Shown: positions 9,466 through 19,173 of the stretch, one piece after another | Numbering within the stretch: position 1 is the first letter of the stretch | Layout: the number at the start of each line of letters is the position of its first letter | Virus record (IMG/VR): IMGVR_UViG_3300034012_001383 | Location: 1 to 28,875 of that record | Source: a virus | Lineage: Duplodnaviria > Caudoviricetes | DNA: 28,875 nt | Reading direction: 5' to 3' (one strand) | Program-made: the position numbers and the translations under genes | Notes under the pieces: generated by a model | Database searches by the model: none | What the model was told of the DNA's origin: nothing | What the model saw: the letters and a program-made list of their open reading frames with translations, nothing else

Positions 9466-9750
9466 ATGGAAATTAAGTGTCCTGCAGGAACGTTTGCGGT
9501 GCCTGATGAGTTTACGTTGCGTGAAATGCGCAGCATTAAGCAGCTCACGGGCTTGTTGCCTGGTCAAATCGAGGAAGCGCTTGATCAGGGCGACCTTGAC
9601 ATTGTGCTCGCGTTGGTGATCGTTAGTGCTGCTCGAGCAGGCAAGGTGTTGACTGAGGAAACCGCGCTTGATTGGACGTTGAGCGAGATTGAGTTTGTTG
9701 ATGAGCCCGCGGCACCGAAGAAGAAGGTTGCGGACCCTACGAGTGCCTAA
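9466..9750 (+). CDS. Tail assembly chaperone (G-like)
   Basis: Position before tape measure; ends ...ADPTSA; GGGGG RBS. Confidence 0.8.
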   Translation: MEIKCPAGTFAVPDEFTLREMRSIKQLTGLLPGQIEEALDQGDLDIVLALVIVSAARAGKVLTEETALDWTLSEIEFVDEPAAPKKKVADPTSA

Positions 9751-9887
9751 CTGCTCGTCACTTGTGGACGCCGAGCGTTGCTCGCGTTTATGGGGTTAGG
9801 CCGTGGGAAATGGATGACTTGTTGTTGAGTGAGCTGCATGACATGGCTGTTGATTTGAAACGCATCGGGAAGGAACGCAATGGCTAA
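9732..9887 (+). CDS. Tail assembly chaperone extension (T-like), probably via -1 frameshift
   Basis: -1 frame open from GGA-CCC-TAC (9732) to TAA 9887: ...LWTPSVARVYGVRPWEMDDLLLSEL...; fills gap to tape measure. Confidence 0.65.
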   Translation, partial: GPYECLTARHLWTPSVARVYGVRPWEMDDLLLSELHDMAVDLKRIGKERNG

Positions 9888-12585
9888 GTCAATTCAGGCA
9901 CGTATCGACATTCTTGTTGATGCAGCGAAGGCTCAGGCTGCGTTGAAGCGTGTTACGCGCGAAACTGACAAGTTTAATCGCTCAACCAAGAACGTTAAAG
10001 GCAATCCGTTTAGAAGCGTTACGCGCTCCGTTGCTGGACTTGCTGGCGCGTACATTGGCGCCCAGGGCTTAATCACTGTCATTCAAGGTTCGGTTCGTGA
10101 GCAGCAGGAAAGCATTAAGGTTGGCCGGCAAACAAACGCGGTGCTCAAGTCAACGAAGGGCGCTGCAGGGTTGACAGCTAAAGCCGTTGGCGATCTTGCT
10201 CAGGCGTTGAGTGAGAAGACAGCGGTTGATGATGAGGCCATTCAGTCGGCCGAAAACCTGCTGCTGACGTTCACGAAGATTGGTAAGGACACGTTCCCTG
10301 CCGCTACCGCCGCCGTACTTGATTTGAGCGCGGCTACGGGCACGAGCTTGAAGGGCGCAAGCATTCAGGTTGGTAAAGCGTTGCAGGACCCTATTAGGGG
10401 CATTACGGCACTAAGGCGTGTTGGTGTGAACTTCAGTGCTGACCAAACCGAGGTCATTAAGAAGCTCGTTGAGACAGGTAAGACGGCTGACGCGCAGAAA
10501 CTAATTTTGAAGGAGCTTGCAACCGAGTTTGGTGGGTCGGCGGCCGCGCAGGCAACACCACTTGACAGGCTACGTGTCACGTACCAAAACCTGCTCGAGA
10601 CAATCGGCGGGTACTTGGTGCCTGTGTTGAATCGTGGCGCAATTGCCATAATGGGCTTTGTTGAGGGTCTGCGTGCTGGCACTGGTGTCGGTGGCGTGTT
10701 CCGCGACAACATCAAGGGCATTGCCCTCGCGCTTGCTGGTTTGGCTGCTGTGCTTGCTGCCGGTAAGATTGCGGGCTCGTTGACAAGCATTGGGAGCTTG
10801 CTTGCCGCCGTGTTTAGCAATCCTTATACTGCTGCGATTGCTGCGGTTGCCATTGGCATTGCTGCCGTTGGTGCAGCGTTCTTTTTGGCATATAAGCGCA
10901 GCGCGTCGTTGCAAAGGCTTGTTGCTCAGATTGGTGCGACCGTTGGCCCGATCTTTAAGAGTGTTGGTGACGCGGCGAAGCGTGAGTTGCCAGCGGCGCT
11001 TGCTGCCGCGGGCCGTGTTGCCCGCTCAATCTCACGGTTGTTTGTTGCGTTGAAGCCGGTCCTTGTGCCGCTGTTTAAGGCTATTGCGTTTGCGATCGTT
11101 GCGTCATTGCGATTGGTTGGGCCGGTTTTGACGTTTGTGTCGCAACGCGTCAACGCGCTTACGGGTGCTTCTCGGGCTTTGCTTGGTGCTGCGCGTTCAT
11201 CGTTTAAGGGTGTTGGGTCTGCGGCAGGAAGGATGCGTGACGTTGTTGTTTCGGCGTTCAGTGCCGCTAAGGCTGGTGTTGATGCTTTGGTGAATGCGAT
11301 TTCGCGGGTTGGGTCTGCGCTTGGGAACCTGCCTGGTCTTGCTGCGTTGAAGAAGATTAAGGCTGTTGTGGGTCGGACGCCCGAGAGGTTGAATGTAGGG
11401 GCGCAAAATGTGTTGTTGAATCAGGGTGCTGGCTCGTCGGCGGGCGCGTTGAGGGATCAGCAAGCATTGTTGGCTGCGCAAGCAAAAGTAGCGGCTGCGA
11501 AGACTAAGAAGGCTAGGGAGAAGGCTGCAAATGAGCTTGCAGCGCTTGAGCGTCGTCTGGCAGCTAAGCAGGCTCGAGCTGCGGCTGGCGAAACTCTTAA
11601 GGGTTTCATTGAGGGTATTAGGGACACGATTCGGACGGCTGAGCTTGATCGCATTATGGCGCCGGTTAATGCTGCGCGTGCTGCGAGGGCTGCGCGTGAA
11701 ACTGGTGTTGCTCGAGGCGGCTTAGGGTCTGCTATTTCGCGGGCTCAGGCTGAGGCTGCTGATCCGCGCGTTCAGGCTAGGTTTCAGCGTGATGCTGCCC
11801 GTCTTGATGCTCGTATTGCTCAGGCACGTAAGCAGGGCAACCTTGAAGCGATTGACGCGCTACAAAGCGAAAAGGCTGCCCTTGATGCTCGGTATGGGCC
11901 CGCGTATCTTGCTGAGTTGCAGGATCAGCTTGCGCAGCTTAATGAGAATGAAATTGAGGCTAGTAGTGAGGCTGCGGCAACCGCGTTTGCTAACACGTTT
12001 GCTGGCGGCATGCAGCGCGCGCTTGACGCATTCATGGCCGGTGGCACGGTCACGGCGTTCTTTGCAAGCCTGACGGCCGCAATGCAAGGGTCGGGCGTTT
12101 CAGTTCCTGGGTTGCCTGCGAGCGTTACGGCTGGTGTTGGTGAAGCTGCCGCAATTATTGGTGGCACAACGCAGGCTGGTGCGCCGGTTGCTGGTGGTGG
12201 CGGTCCTTCGTTGGCGCAAAGAATTCGTGCGCAGCTGCTTAGTACGAACCCACGACCAGCAAGCAGGCCGCATCTTGCTAGCGATTACGGAAAAATGTTT
12301 GGTGTCACGCAAGCTCAGGCGTATGCTGCTCGACCGAAACCTGCTTTGAAGGGGCATCCGTTTGCTAACAAGGTGTCCGGTGGCATGTTGACGCCAGGGC
12401 AGCTTACGCTTGTTGGGGAGACTGGTCCTGAGTTGATTGTTGGTGGGAAGGTTCATTCGGGGACGCGCACTAGTCGTATGGGCGGCGGCGCCGGCATGAA
12501 CATCACAGTTAACGCGGTTGGTGCTGCGGCTGATGATCCAATGCTGCTTGCTCGTCAATTGGGTTGGCAGTTGGCTACGCGATGA
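9880..12585 (+). CDS. Tape measure protein
   Basis: 901 aa, Ala/Gly-rich helical; GKALQDPI.G..AL.RVGV.F; central hydrophobic segment; C-terminal LVGETGPELIV. Confidence 0.95.
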   Translation: MAKSIQARIDILVDAAKAQAALKRVTRETDKFNRSTKNVKGNPFRSVTRSVAGLAGAYIGAQGLITVIQGSVREQQESIKVGRQTNAVLKSTKGAAGLTAKAVGDLAQALSEKTAVDDEAIQSAENLLLTFTKIGKDTFPAATAAVLDLSAATGTSLKGASIQVGKALQDPIRGITALRRVGVNFSADQTEVIKKLVETGKTADAQKLILKELATEFGGSAAAQATPLDRLRVTYQNLLETIGGYLVPVLNRGAIAIMGFVEGLRAGTGVGGVFRDNIKGIALALAGLAAVLAAGKIAGSLTSIGSLLAAVFSNPYTAAIAAVAIGIAAVGAAFFLAYKRSASLQRLVAQIGATVGPIFKSVGDAAKRELPAALAAAGRVARSISRLFVALKPVLVPLFKAIAFAIVASLRLVGPVLTFVSQRVNALTGASRALLGAARSSFKGVGSAAGRMRDVVVSAFSAAKAGVDALVNAISRVGSALGNLPGLAALKKIKAVVGRTPERLNVGAQNVLLNQGAGSSAGALRDQQALLAAQAKVAAAKTKKAREKAANELAALERRLAAKQARAAAGETLKGFIEGIRDTIRTAELDRIMAPVNAARAARAARETGVARGGLGSAISRAQAEAADPRVQARFQRDAARLDARIAQARKQGNLEAIDALQSEKAALDARYGPAYLAELQDQLAQLNENEIEASSEAAATAFANTFAGGMQRALDAFMAGGTVTAFFASLTAAMQGSGVSVPGLPASVTAGVGEAAAIIGGTTQAGAPVAGGGGPSLAQRIRAQLLSTNPRPASRPHLASDYGKMFGVTQAQAYAARPKPALKGHPFANKVSGGMLTPGQLTLVGETGPELIVGGKVHSGTRTSRMGGGAGMNITVNAVGAAADDPMLLARQLGWQLATR

Positions 12586-13415
12586 TCAGCACAATTACGT
12601 TCACACCGCTCGGCGGGTCGGCGGTGTCGTTGCATGCCGTTACGATTGGTTCTAAGCGTGTTGTGACGCGCGCTGAGGGGTTGCAGGGCTCGCCACCTAT
12701 CCGTGAGGTTAAGACTGTTAAGGGGCAGCAGTCCGGCGCGTACATCCGATCAAAGTATGTTGACGCTCGGTACATCACTTTGGAAATGGAAGTCATTGGC
12801 ACGTCGATCGAGGACTCATTCGATGAGTTCGACACGGTAGCTAAAGCACTGATGAGTAGTGTGAGTACGCCTGGCACTTTGAGATGGACTAGGGACTCAG
12901 GCGGGCAAGCGTTGCAAGTTGACTGCCAACTATCTTCCTTGGCGCCTTTGGTGCTTACGGATGGTGGGAACATGTTGTCGTCGCAGATCACGTTGGTTGC
13001 TGGTGATCCTCGCGTTTACGATCAGAGCGAGACTACGGGTACGGGCACAACGATTACGGATGCTGCGGTTGGTGGGACGGTGAGCTACACGAACGCTGGC
13101 TCGATTGGGACGCCGCCGAAGATCAGGATTTATGGCGGCATTACGAATCCGTTTGTTCGTAAGGGCACGGTTGCCGCGTCGGTTGGCGCGGGCCTTGTGT
13201 TTTCGGGGACTGTGGCGCCTGGTGATTTCTTGGAGATTGATGTGCAGGCTAGGACTGTGAAGACGAATGGCACGACGAATTCTTTGAGTTTGTTGACGGC
13301 TGCAAGCTCGGATTTCTTTGAGTTGCCTACGGGTAGTAGCACTGTGTGTATGACGGGCTCCGCGATTAGTGGTAGTCCGAGGGTTGATCTTATCTATCGC
13401 TCTGCGTGGGCGTGA
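12582..13415 (+). CDS. Distal tail protein (Dit-like)
   Basis: ATGA-coupled after tape measure; R.ITL, DPRVY, N.G...TPP.I.IYG.ITNP, FFELP.G, YRSAW C-terminus. Confidence 0.8.
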   Translation: MISTITFTPLGGSAVSLHAVTIGSKRVVTRAEGLQGSPPIREVKTVKGQQSGAYIRSKYVDARYITLEMEVIGTSIEDSFDEFDTVAKALMSSVSTPGTLRWTRDSGGQALQVDCQLSSLAPLVLTDGGNMLSSQITLVAGDPRVYDQSETTGTGTTITDAAVGGTVSYTNAGSIGTPPKIRIYGGITNPFVRKGTVAASVGAGLVFSGTVAPGDFLEIDVQARTVKTNGTTNSLSLLTAASSDFFELPTGSSTVCMTGSAISGSPRVDLIYRSAWA

Positions 13416-13426
13416 GGAGCTGTTAG

Positions 13427-13873
13427 ATGGCTGACAATGTTGCGATTACTGCTGGGTCTGGTACGTCGATTGCGACGGATCAGAACGGGTCTGATCACGT
13501 TCAGATTATGAAGGTGACGTATGGCGCTGACGGCTCGTTCACGCTTGTGTCGCCTACTAATCCGTTTCCTGTTGCGGTCACGTCTGCAATTACGACTGTC
13601 ACTGATGGCCGTAAGGTTGTGACAACGGCCGGCACAAGGGTTGCTTTGGCTTCCTCGACGGCTTGCAAAGAGGTTGTCATTACGGCTGAGACTGACAACA
13701 CGGGCATCGTTGCGGTTGGGGCCGCGGCAACGGTTGTGGCGACGATTGCGACGAGGACGGGTGTCCCTTTGGCTGCTGGTGATTCGATTGTGTTGCAGAT
13801 AGATAACCTTGCTGACATTGGATTGGACGCAACTGTGTCTGGTGATGGCGTGACCTTCATGGCGTTCAGCTAA
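13427..13873 (+). CDS. Putative minor virion protein
   Basis: GAGGAG RBS; Thr/Val/Ala-rich beta-strand composition; tail-tip cluster. Confidence 0.7.
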   Translation: MADNVAITAGSGTSIATDQNGSDHVQIMKVTYGADGSFTLVSPTNPFPVAVTSAITTVTDGRKVVTTAGTRVALASSTACKEVVITAETDNTGIVAVGAAATVVATIATRTGVPLAAGDSIVLQIDNLADIGLDATVSGDGVTFMAFS

Positions 13874-14301
13874 TGGCTGGGGTTACGCGAGTACCTGCGC
13901 GACGGGTCATTGGATCGCATACCCTTACGACCGGATTCACTACTTCGGCAACGCATACGACCGCGCAGGACGAAGGCTTGACGGTAAGCGTGACGTATGG
14001 TGCGGCAAGGATTCTTCGCGTGAGTCTTTTTGTGCATCCTTACGCTTCGGGGGGCGCACAAACGGCTGTTTATACGGTTTTGCGTAATGCGACTGTTGAA
14101 ATGCGCGTGCAAACGCCTGCCCTAGTGACTGGTCTTGTGACGAGTGCTTCACATTCAAGGATTTTTAACGGTCCGGCGACGGGTGCGACGGAAACTTTTA
14201 AGGTGCAGATTGCTGCGGGGACGGCTAACACTGCTGTTGATAGTGGTGGTAGCGCCAGCTTTGTTCGGCAGCTTGTAATTGAAGACCTCGGACCACAATA
14301 A
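13873..14301 (+). CDS. Putative minor virion/tail protein
   Basis: TAATG-coupled; beta-rich; ends LVIEDLG as in many tail-fibre C-terminal domains. Confidence 0.65.
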   Translation: MAGVTRVPARRVIGSHTLTTGFTTSATHTTAQDEGLTVSVTYGAARILRVSLFVHPYASGGAQTAVYTVLRNATVEMRVQTPALVTGLVTSASHSRIFNGPATGATETFKVQIAAGTANTAVDSGGSASFVRQLVIEDLGPQ

Positions 14302-14313
14302 GGGGGAGGCAGT

Positions 14314-15555
14314 ATGAGTTTGCTACTGCTGCTGCAGCGTGAGTACGCTGACAGCCCGATCAGTGACGCGGCCGAGGAAGTCGCTGGGGTTGGTACCGCA
14401 CCGCAGGAGTGGACGTTTATTCTTGCTGACAAGAACGGTGTGCAGCTCGACATCCTCGATCCCGCGATTACAGCTTGCGAACTGCAGTATCAGCGCTCGC
14501 AGCCAACAACATGCACGTTCACGCTGCAAGGCGAGGACGATCGCGCCTACAACATTATCTCGGCATTGACGACCACCAGGCCGCTCGCGTATGCCTACCG
14601 TGACGGCAGGCTCTACTTCGCTGGCTACCTATCAGGTGTTAAGGAAGCAGCTGATGAGGACTTGAGCATGATGGTCACGTTCACTGACGCGCTCGGCGTG
14701 CTCGCGCACAGGTTGACGGACAGTGACTTTGAGGTTTACGACGAATCAACGACAAACCTAATTGCGGGCACGTTGACATCAGGCACGAGTCTTGTTGCGC
14801 AGGCTAACGCACTAGCGGCAACAGGGTTGACGGCCACGGCTGCAACGTCAGGCTTTGATGTTGAGACATTCACAACGAGCCGTGACGTTGTGCTTGACAA
14901 GATCATGGAGCTAGTCAATCTGACTAACGGGCCTGACTTGCGGATCACGCCGGTTGCTGGCTCGAGCACGTTTGGCACGCTTGAGGTTGGCACGCTCTAT
15001 CAGGGCACGACTGTGATGGCTCGCTTTGGGTACGGCTCGAGCACGGTTGGCAACTTGACTGGTTTTGATTGGGAGATCACACCGCCGGCTACGAGGGTTG
15101 TGTGTGTGGGTAATGAGGTTGAGGGCAGCAGTACGGTCAATGCGGCTGTAACAACGGCTGAAGCACGCATTGGGGTTTGGCAGGGCAGCATCAACAACAA
15201 TGACCTTTACCTTGAGAACGACTGCATCGACGCGGCGAACGCTGCAACACGCCTTGACTGGCAGACAGTCGTGTCGTTTACGCCTGAGCCTGCGATCACA
15301 CCGAGGCCACTTAGGGATTACACCGTTGGCGATGTTGTCAGTGTGCGTGCTAGTCGCGGCAGTTTGCTTTACAACGGGCAGCTGCGCGTCAGGTCAATCA
15401 CGTTGAGCATTGATGATTCAGGGTTTGAGGTTGCGCACCGCGTTGAGTGTGAGGCCGGTGGCCCTGGTGCTTCTCAGCAGCTCATGGTGAATCAGATTGG
15501 TGCGGCTTACGACACCGTTTCGGAAGTCAATGGTTTGGCGGGGAGCTTTAGCTAA
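14314..15555 (+). CDS. Minor tail / baseplate hub-like protein
   Basis: GGAGG RBS; YRDG.L.FAGY, DY.VGD.VSV, LRV.SITLS.D pattern of siphophage hub proteins. Confidence 0.75.
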   Translation: MSLLLLLQREYADSPISDAAEEVAGVGTAPQEWTFILADKNGVQLDILDPAITACELQYQRSQPTTCTFTLQGEDDRAYNIISALTTTRPLAYAYRDGRLYFAGYLSGVKEAADEDLSMMVTFTDALGVLAHRLTDSDFEVYDESTTNLIAGTLTSGTSLVAQANALAATGLTATAATSGFDVETFTTSRDVVLDKIMELVNLTNGPDLRITPVAGSSTFGTLEVGTLYQGTTVMARFGYGSSTVGNLTGFDWEITPPATRVVCVGNEVEGSSTVNAAVTTAEARIGVWQGSINNNDLYLENDCIDAANAATRLDWQTVVSFTPEPAITPRPLRDYTVGDVVSVRASRGSLLYNGQLRVRSITLSIDDSGFEVAHRVECEAGGPGASQQLMVNQIGAAYDTVSEVNGLAGSFS

Positions 15556-16085
15556 TGGCTGACATTAAGAAGCGTGCTGACTTGATGCACATTCTGCCAG
15601 CGCAGGCCGCACGCATTAAAAAGATGGAACGGCAACTAGCTGTGCCGCGCACCGAGGTTTCGGTTGTTGCGACGAGCGAAACAACTACAAGCGCTACGCC
15701 GGTTGCGTTGACAACCGCTGACACGATAACGATCGTGACAACAGCGGTTTGCTTAATACACATTTACTTTGAAGTTGAGACATCGGTAACAGGCGGCAAC
15801 ACCGCAAGCATTTACGTGCGTGATCACGACGCGGCAAATGGTGCTGGCGTAAACACTGAGTATGCGCGAAGTGACAGTGCAACGACTGAAAACTCTACGT
15901 CAATCGGAATCCCTACGACAACAGACTCAAACCTAGTGCCTCGCGGACACTATTTGACATTTACCAACACGCGAAAATGGGATACGGCGGTTGGGCCGCA
16001 CACGTTTAGCCTTCGCTATTCAACGACGGGTGGCACGGCCACGTTTTTAAACCGCAAGCTGTTTGCTTGGGTTCAACCGTTCTAA
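15555..16085 (+). CDS. Putative tail tip/fibre protein
   Basis: Short N-terminal coiled coil (RIKKMER) then Thr-rich beta domain with GPHTFSLRY; TAATG-coupled. Confidence 0.65.
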   Translation: MADIKKRADLMHILPAQAARIKKMERQLAVPRTEVSVVATSETTTSATPVALTTADTITIVTTAVCLIHIYFEVETSVTGGNTASIYVRDHDAANGAGVNTEYARSDSATTENSTSIGIPTTTDSNLVPRGHYLTFTNTRKWDTAVGPHTFSLRYSTTGGTATFLNRKLFAWVQPF

Positions 16086-16093
16086 GGAGCATA

Positions 16094-16309
16094 ATGACTG
16101 ACACGACCGACAAGCGACTTGCGAAGATTGAGGCAACGCTTGAAGCCGTACTCGAACAAACGACACGCACGAACGGCACGGTCATCAAACACAGTGATCA
16201 AATCGACGCGCTTGAGTCGTGGCGCGACAAGCTCGCAGGCGCCCTCATCCCGATCAGCATTGCTTCACCAGTCGTTGCGGGACTCATCGTTTCGTACCTC
16301 TCGAAGTAG
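16094..16309 (+). CDS. Small coiled-coil + C-terminal TM protein (lysis-cassette associated)
   Basis: AAGGAG RBS; RLAKIE...QTTRTNG.V; hydrophobic C-terminus. Confidence 0.7.
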   Translation: MTDTTDKRLAKIEATLEAVLEQTTRTNGTVIKHSDQIDALESWRDKLAGALIPISIASPVVAGLIVSYLSK

Positions 16310-16322
16310 TTAGGAGCCCATC

Positions 16323-16730
16323 ATGAGCAACAACTACCGCAAGGGGCGGCAAATACGTCGCGGGCGCTTCCGCTTCGATCAAGCCGTCGTTACTGACTGT
16401 TGGCTTTGGCTACTACTGACCGCGAGGGGTAAGGGTTGGAAGGGCGGCATCAACGGGCCACGCGGCGGTTTGCGCTCTTACGCGCAGCAGGCAGCGTTGT
16501 ACGCCATGTTTCGTGCCGGCGTTGGCAATCCCGCGTTTCCACCTAACGGCCCTAGCCGCCACCTGATTAGAAACATGAAAGCCAGGGGGCATTGGAGTAT
16601 GGCTGTTGACGTAAGCGAACCACAGCAACTAATCAGAATTGCTAGCAAGCTCGGTGTCGCTTTGCATACGCCTTACGCGAATGAGCCTTGGCATGTTGAA
16701 GCTAAACGTCCGTTCACGGTGCCGAAATGA
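16323..16730 (+). CDS. Endolysin component: M15 (VanY-like) zinc peptidase
   Basis: RSYAQQAALY, SRH, AVD, EPWH zinc-peptidase motifs; AGGAG RBS. Confidence 0.85.
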   Translation: MSNNYRKGRQIRRGRFRFDQAVVTDCWLWLLLTARGKGWKGGINGPRGGLRSYAQQAALYAMFRAGVGNPAFPPNGPSRHLIRNMKARGHWSMAVDVSEPQQLIRIASKLGVALHTPYANEPWHVEAKRPFTVPK

Positions 16731-17341
16731 GCTTTAGTACCGAGGCTTCGTTGCGATCGTGGGAACGCAAAGTGAGCTGGCGCCGCAACCGTCTTTTGGC
16801 TGCTAAGCGTGCGCATAACACGGCACGCGTTAAGAAGTGGCGTGCGAGCCTGAAGCACGCTGTTTGGATGGTCAGTGTTCGCAAAAAGCAGCTCGACACA
16901 TTGCAGAAGCGTGCTTTGCGTGCTGCTGACGCGCTTGTTGGTGTGATGGAGCAGGGCGGCAATAACACGGGGCCAATGGTCAACAAGATCATTAAAGCGA
17001 ACGGCGGTGACATTGGTGAACCGTGGTGCGGTGACTTCATCGCGTACTGCTACCGCCAAGCGGGTTCTAAAGCCGTTACTAGGTCTTGGGCAAGTGTCCG
17101 TGCTCTAGGTGGCGTTGGGGGCGTTAGACGCGTCACAAAGCCTTTGCCTGGTGATCTAGTTCGGTTCAACTTTGATCACGTTGGCATGTACGTCAAAGAG
17201 GCGGGCATGTTCATCGAAACAATTGAAGGCAACACAGGCGCCAGTGGTGCCGTATCAGACAGCAAAACAGGTGGGGATGGCGTGTACCGCAAACGCCGAG
17301 CAAAGAGTCTTGTCAACGACTACCTGCGCGTAACGCGCTAG
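16727..17341 (+). CDS. Endolysin component: CHAP-domain amidase/peptidase
   Basis: PWC (catalytic Cys), PGDLV.F..DHVG (His), TIEGNT; basic helical N-terminus. Confidence 0.88.
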   Translation: MSFSTEASLRSWERKVSWRRNRLLAAKRAHNTARVKKWRASLKHAVWMVSVRKKQLDTLQKRALRAADALVGVMEQGGNNTGPMVNKIIKANGGDIGEPWCGDFIAYCYRQAGSKAVTRSWASVRALGGVGGVRRVTKPLPGDLVRFNFDHVGMYVKEAGMFIETIEGNTGASGAVSDSKTGGDGVYRKRRAKSLVNDYLRVTR

Positions 17342-17349
17342 GAGGATGC

Positions 17350-17511
17350 ATGACCATTAACAAGAAGGTTCAGGGCGCAGGTATCGGCGGGGCTATCGCA
17401 ACAGTCATTGTTTGGATCGCGTCTGCAGCTGGTGTTGACGTGCCCGCTGAGGTTGGCGCCGCGCTCGCAACCATTGCTGCGTTTGGTGCGGGTTTCTTGA
17501 AGGCTGAGTAA
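17350..17511 (+). CDS. Putative holin (53 aa, two TM segments; absent from ORF track)
   Basis: AGGAGG RBS; MTINKKVQGAGIGGAIATVIVWIASAAGVDVPAEVGAALATIAAFGAGFLKAE; follows lysins. Confidence 0.75.
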   Translation: MTINKKVQGAGIGGAIATVIVWIASAAGVDVPAEVGAALATIAAFGAGFLKAE

Positions 17512-17512
17512 C

Positions 17513-18715
17513 TTGACCCAAACTCGGGGGGAGTTGCAGGAGCTACTTGACACGCACGGTAGCTGGGCTGCTGCTGCGAGGGCGCTTGGTATTCCATCAA
17601 GCACGCTAAGGGCGAGGGCTGACGCAGCGAAGGTAAAGAAAGAGGCTGTTCAGCCAGTTAAGGCATCGTCAGTTGTTATTGAGGACGAAGCTGACCTTGG
17701 TGACATCCGGCGTTTGTGCGCTGACCGTGGCCTTGACGTTGACAAGGACTGGATTGTTGTCAGGTCAAGGCTCAATAATTGGGGCGGGCCTGATGGCTTG
17801 GAGAACACGCAGTTGCGCGTGGACCTCGAGCCGAGGCTGGGCATGCTTATGCCAGCGTCAAGTGATCCTGGCTGGGTTGCACCAAAGCCAAAGGCGCGGC
17901 CGGCGAACAAGGGCAACGAGCTGGTGTGCTTCCTTAGCGATCAGCACGTGCCGTTTCACGACAAGCCTTTGCATGAGGCAACCGTTGCGTGGCTAACTCA
18001 TCATCAACCTGACCGCATTCTGTTGTTGGGCGATTTGCTGGACTTCGATCAAGTCAGCAGGTATGCGCGTAACGATCTGCATACCGCAACGATGCAGGAC
18101 ACGCTCGATCAGGGTTACGAGGTGCTGCGCGACTACAGGGCCGCGGCGCCTGACGCAGAGATCGTTTGCCTAGCCGGAAACCATGAAGAACGCCTGCGGG
18201 CGGCGATCGGTAAGCAGCTCGCGGCGATCACAAACCTTAAGCGTCCTGGTGACGATGACGGGCTGCTGAGCGTGCCGTTTCTGCTCAGGTTCGATGAGCT
18301 TGGAATCAAGTTTGTCAAGAGCGACGTTGGCGGGTATGAACACGCAGCAATCAAGGTGAGTCCTGAGCTGCAGGCCATTCATGGCTGGATTGCTAAGAAG
18401 GGCTCCGGCTCGAGTGCGCGCGCAACGCTTGATCACATGCGAGTTTCGACGATTCAGGGGCATACGCATCGTGCGTCAAGCGTGTTCTCAACTGAATGGA
18501 CGATTGACAATGAGCCGCGCACACTTGTCGCATTGGAGACGGGGTGCTTGTGCGAAATCAAAGATGGTTTGTCGCACGCTCCGCGACCGGATTGGCAGCA
18601 GGGGTTTGCAACCGCTAGCGTGCGCGCGAATGGCAGGTTCTTGTGCGAACAGGCCGTGTATGTGGCGGGGGCGTTGATGTGGCGTGACTGGACCTACGAA
18701 AGGGGCGGGGCATGA
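17513..18715 (+). CDS. Calcineurin-like metallophosphoesterase with N-terminal HTH
   Basis: SDQH, GDLLD, GNHE, HG, GHTH motifs; N-terminal AAARALGIPSSTLR; TTG start uncertain. Confidence 0.88.
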   Translation: MTQTRGELQELLDTHGSWAAAARALGIPSSTLRARADAAKVKKEAVQPVKASSVVIEDEADLGDIRRLCADRGLDVDKDWIVVRSRLNNWGGPDGLENTQLRVDLEPRLGMLMPASSDPGWVAPKPKARPANKGNELVCFLSDQHVPFHDKPLHEATVAWLTHHQPDRILLLGDLLDFDQVSRYARNDLHTATMQDTLDQGYEVLRDYRAAAPDAEIVCLAGNHEERLRAAIGKQLAAITNLKRPGDDDGLLSVPFLLRFDELGIKFVKSDVGGYEHAAIKVSPELQAIHGWIAKKGSGSSARATLDHMRVSTIQGHTHRASSVFSTEWTIDNEPRTLVALETGCLCEIKDGLSHAPRPDWQQGFATASVRANGRFLCEQAVYVAGALMWRDWTYERGGA

Positions 18716-19173
18716 GTACAGCACTACAGATGTGCCAAGAGCTTGGGCACGAAGAATCAGTAAATCCGCGGCATCGTGGGTTGTGCAGTCGTTGCGGCCG
18801 GCAGATACCGCGCGACGACATGATCCGCGATCTAGCGTGGGAACGTGAGCAAACAAGGCAGTGCGCACAGTTCGCACCATACGTTGCCCAAGACGATCCA
18901 ACCGCTGACAGGCTTAGCGATTACGCTGAGACACGCGCTGGGTCTGCACCGTGGATTAACTGCAGCAAAAGGGATTGGGCGCTAGAGGGGCTAGAAGAAA
19001 CCGCTGACTTGCGGATGTACACGCTTGCCGCGCTGCAGGAGCTTGAAGCAGAGGGCCGCGACGATGAAGACGTCGATCGCCTCGTCTATTTCCTCCGGCG
19101 TTCCCTTGCCGCATCCGTTGAGGCTTACGACGCGCTAAGTCAATACCGCTTTCATAGGGCTGCAGACAAGTGA
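18712..19173 (+). CDS. Hypothetical protein (possible Zn motif; weak MazG-like EExxD helix)
   Basis: ATGA-coupled; C...GH...CSRCG; DWALEGLEETADLRMY. Confidence 0.6.
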   Translation: MSTALQMCQELGHEESVNPRHRGLCSRCGRQIPRDDMIRDLAWEREQTRQCAQFAPYVAQDDPTADRLSDYAETRAGSAPWINCSKRDWALEGLEETADLRMYTLAALQELEAEGRDDEDVDRLVYFLRRSLAASVEAYDALSQYRFHRAADK

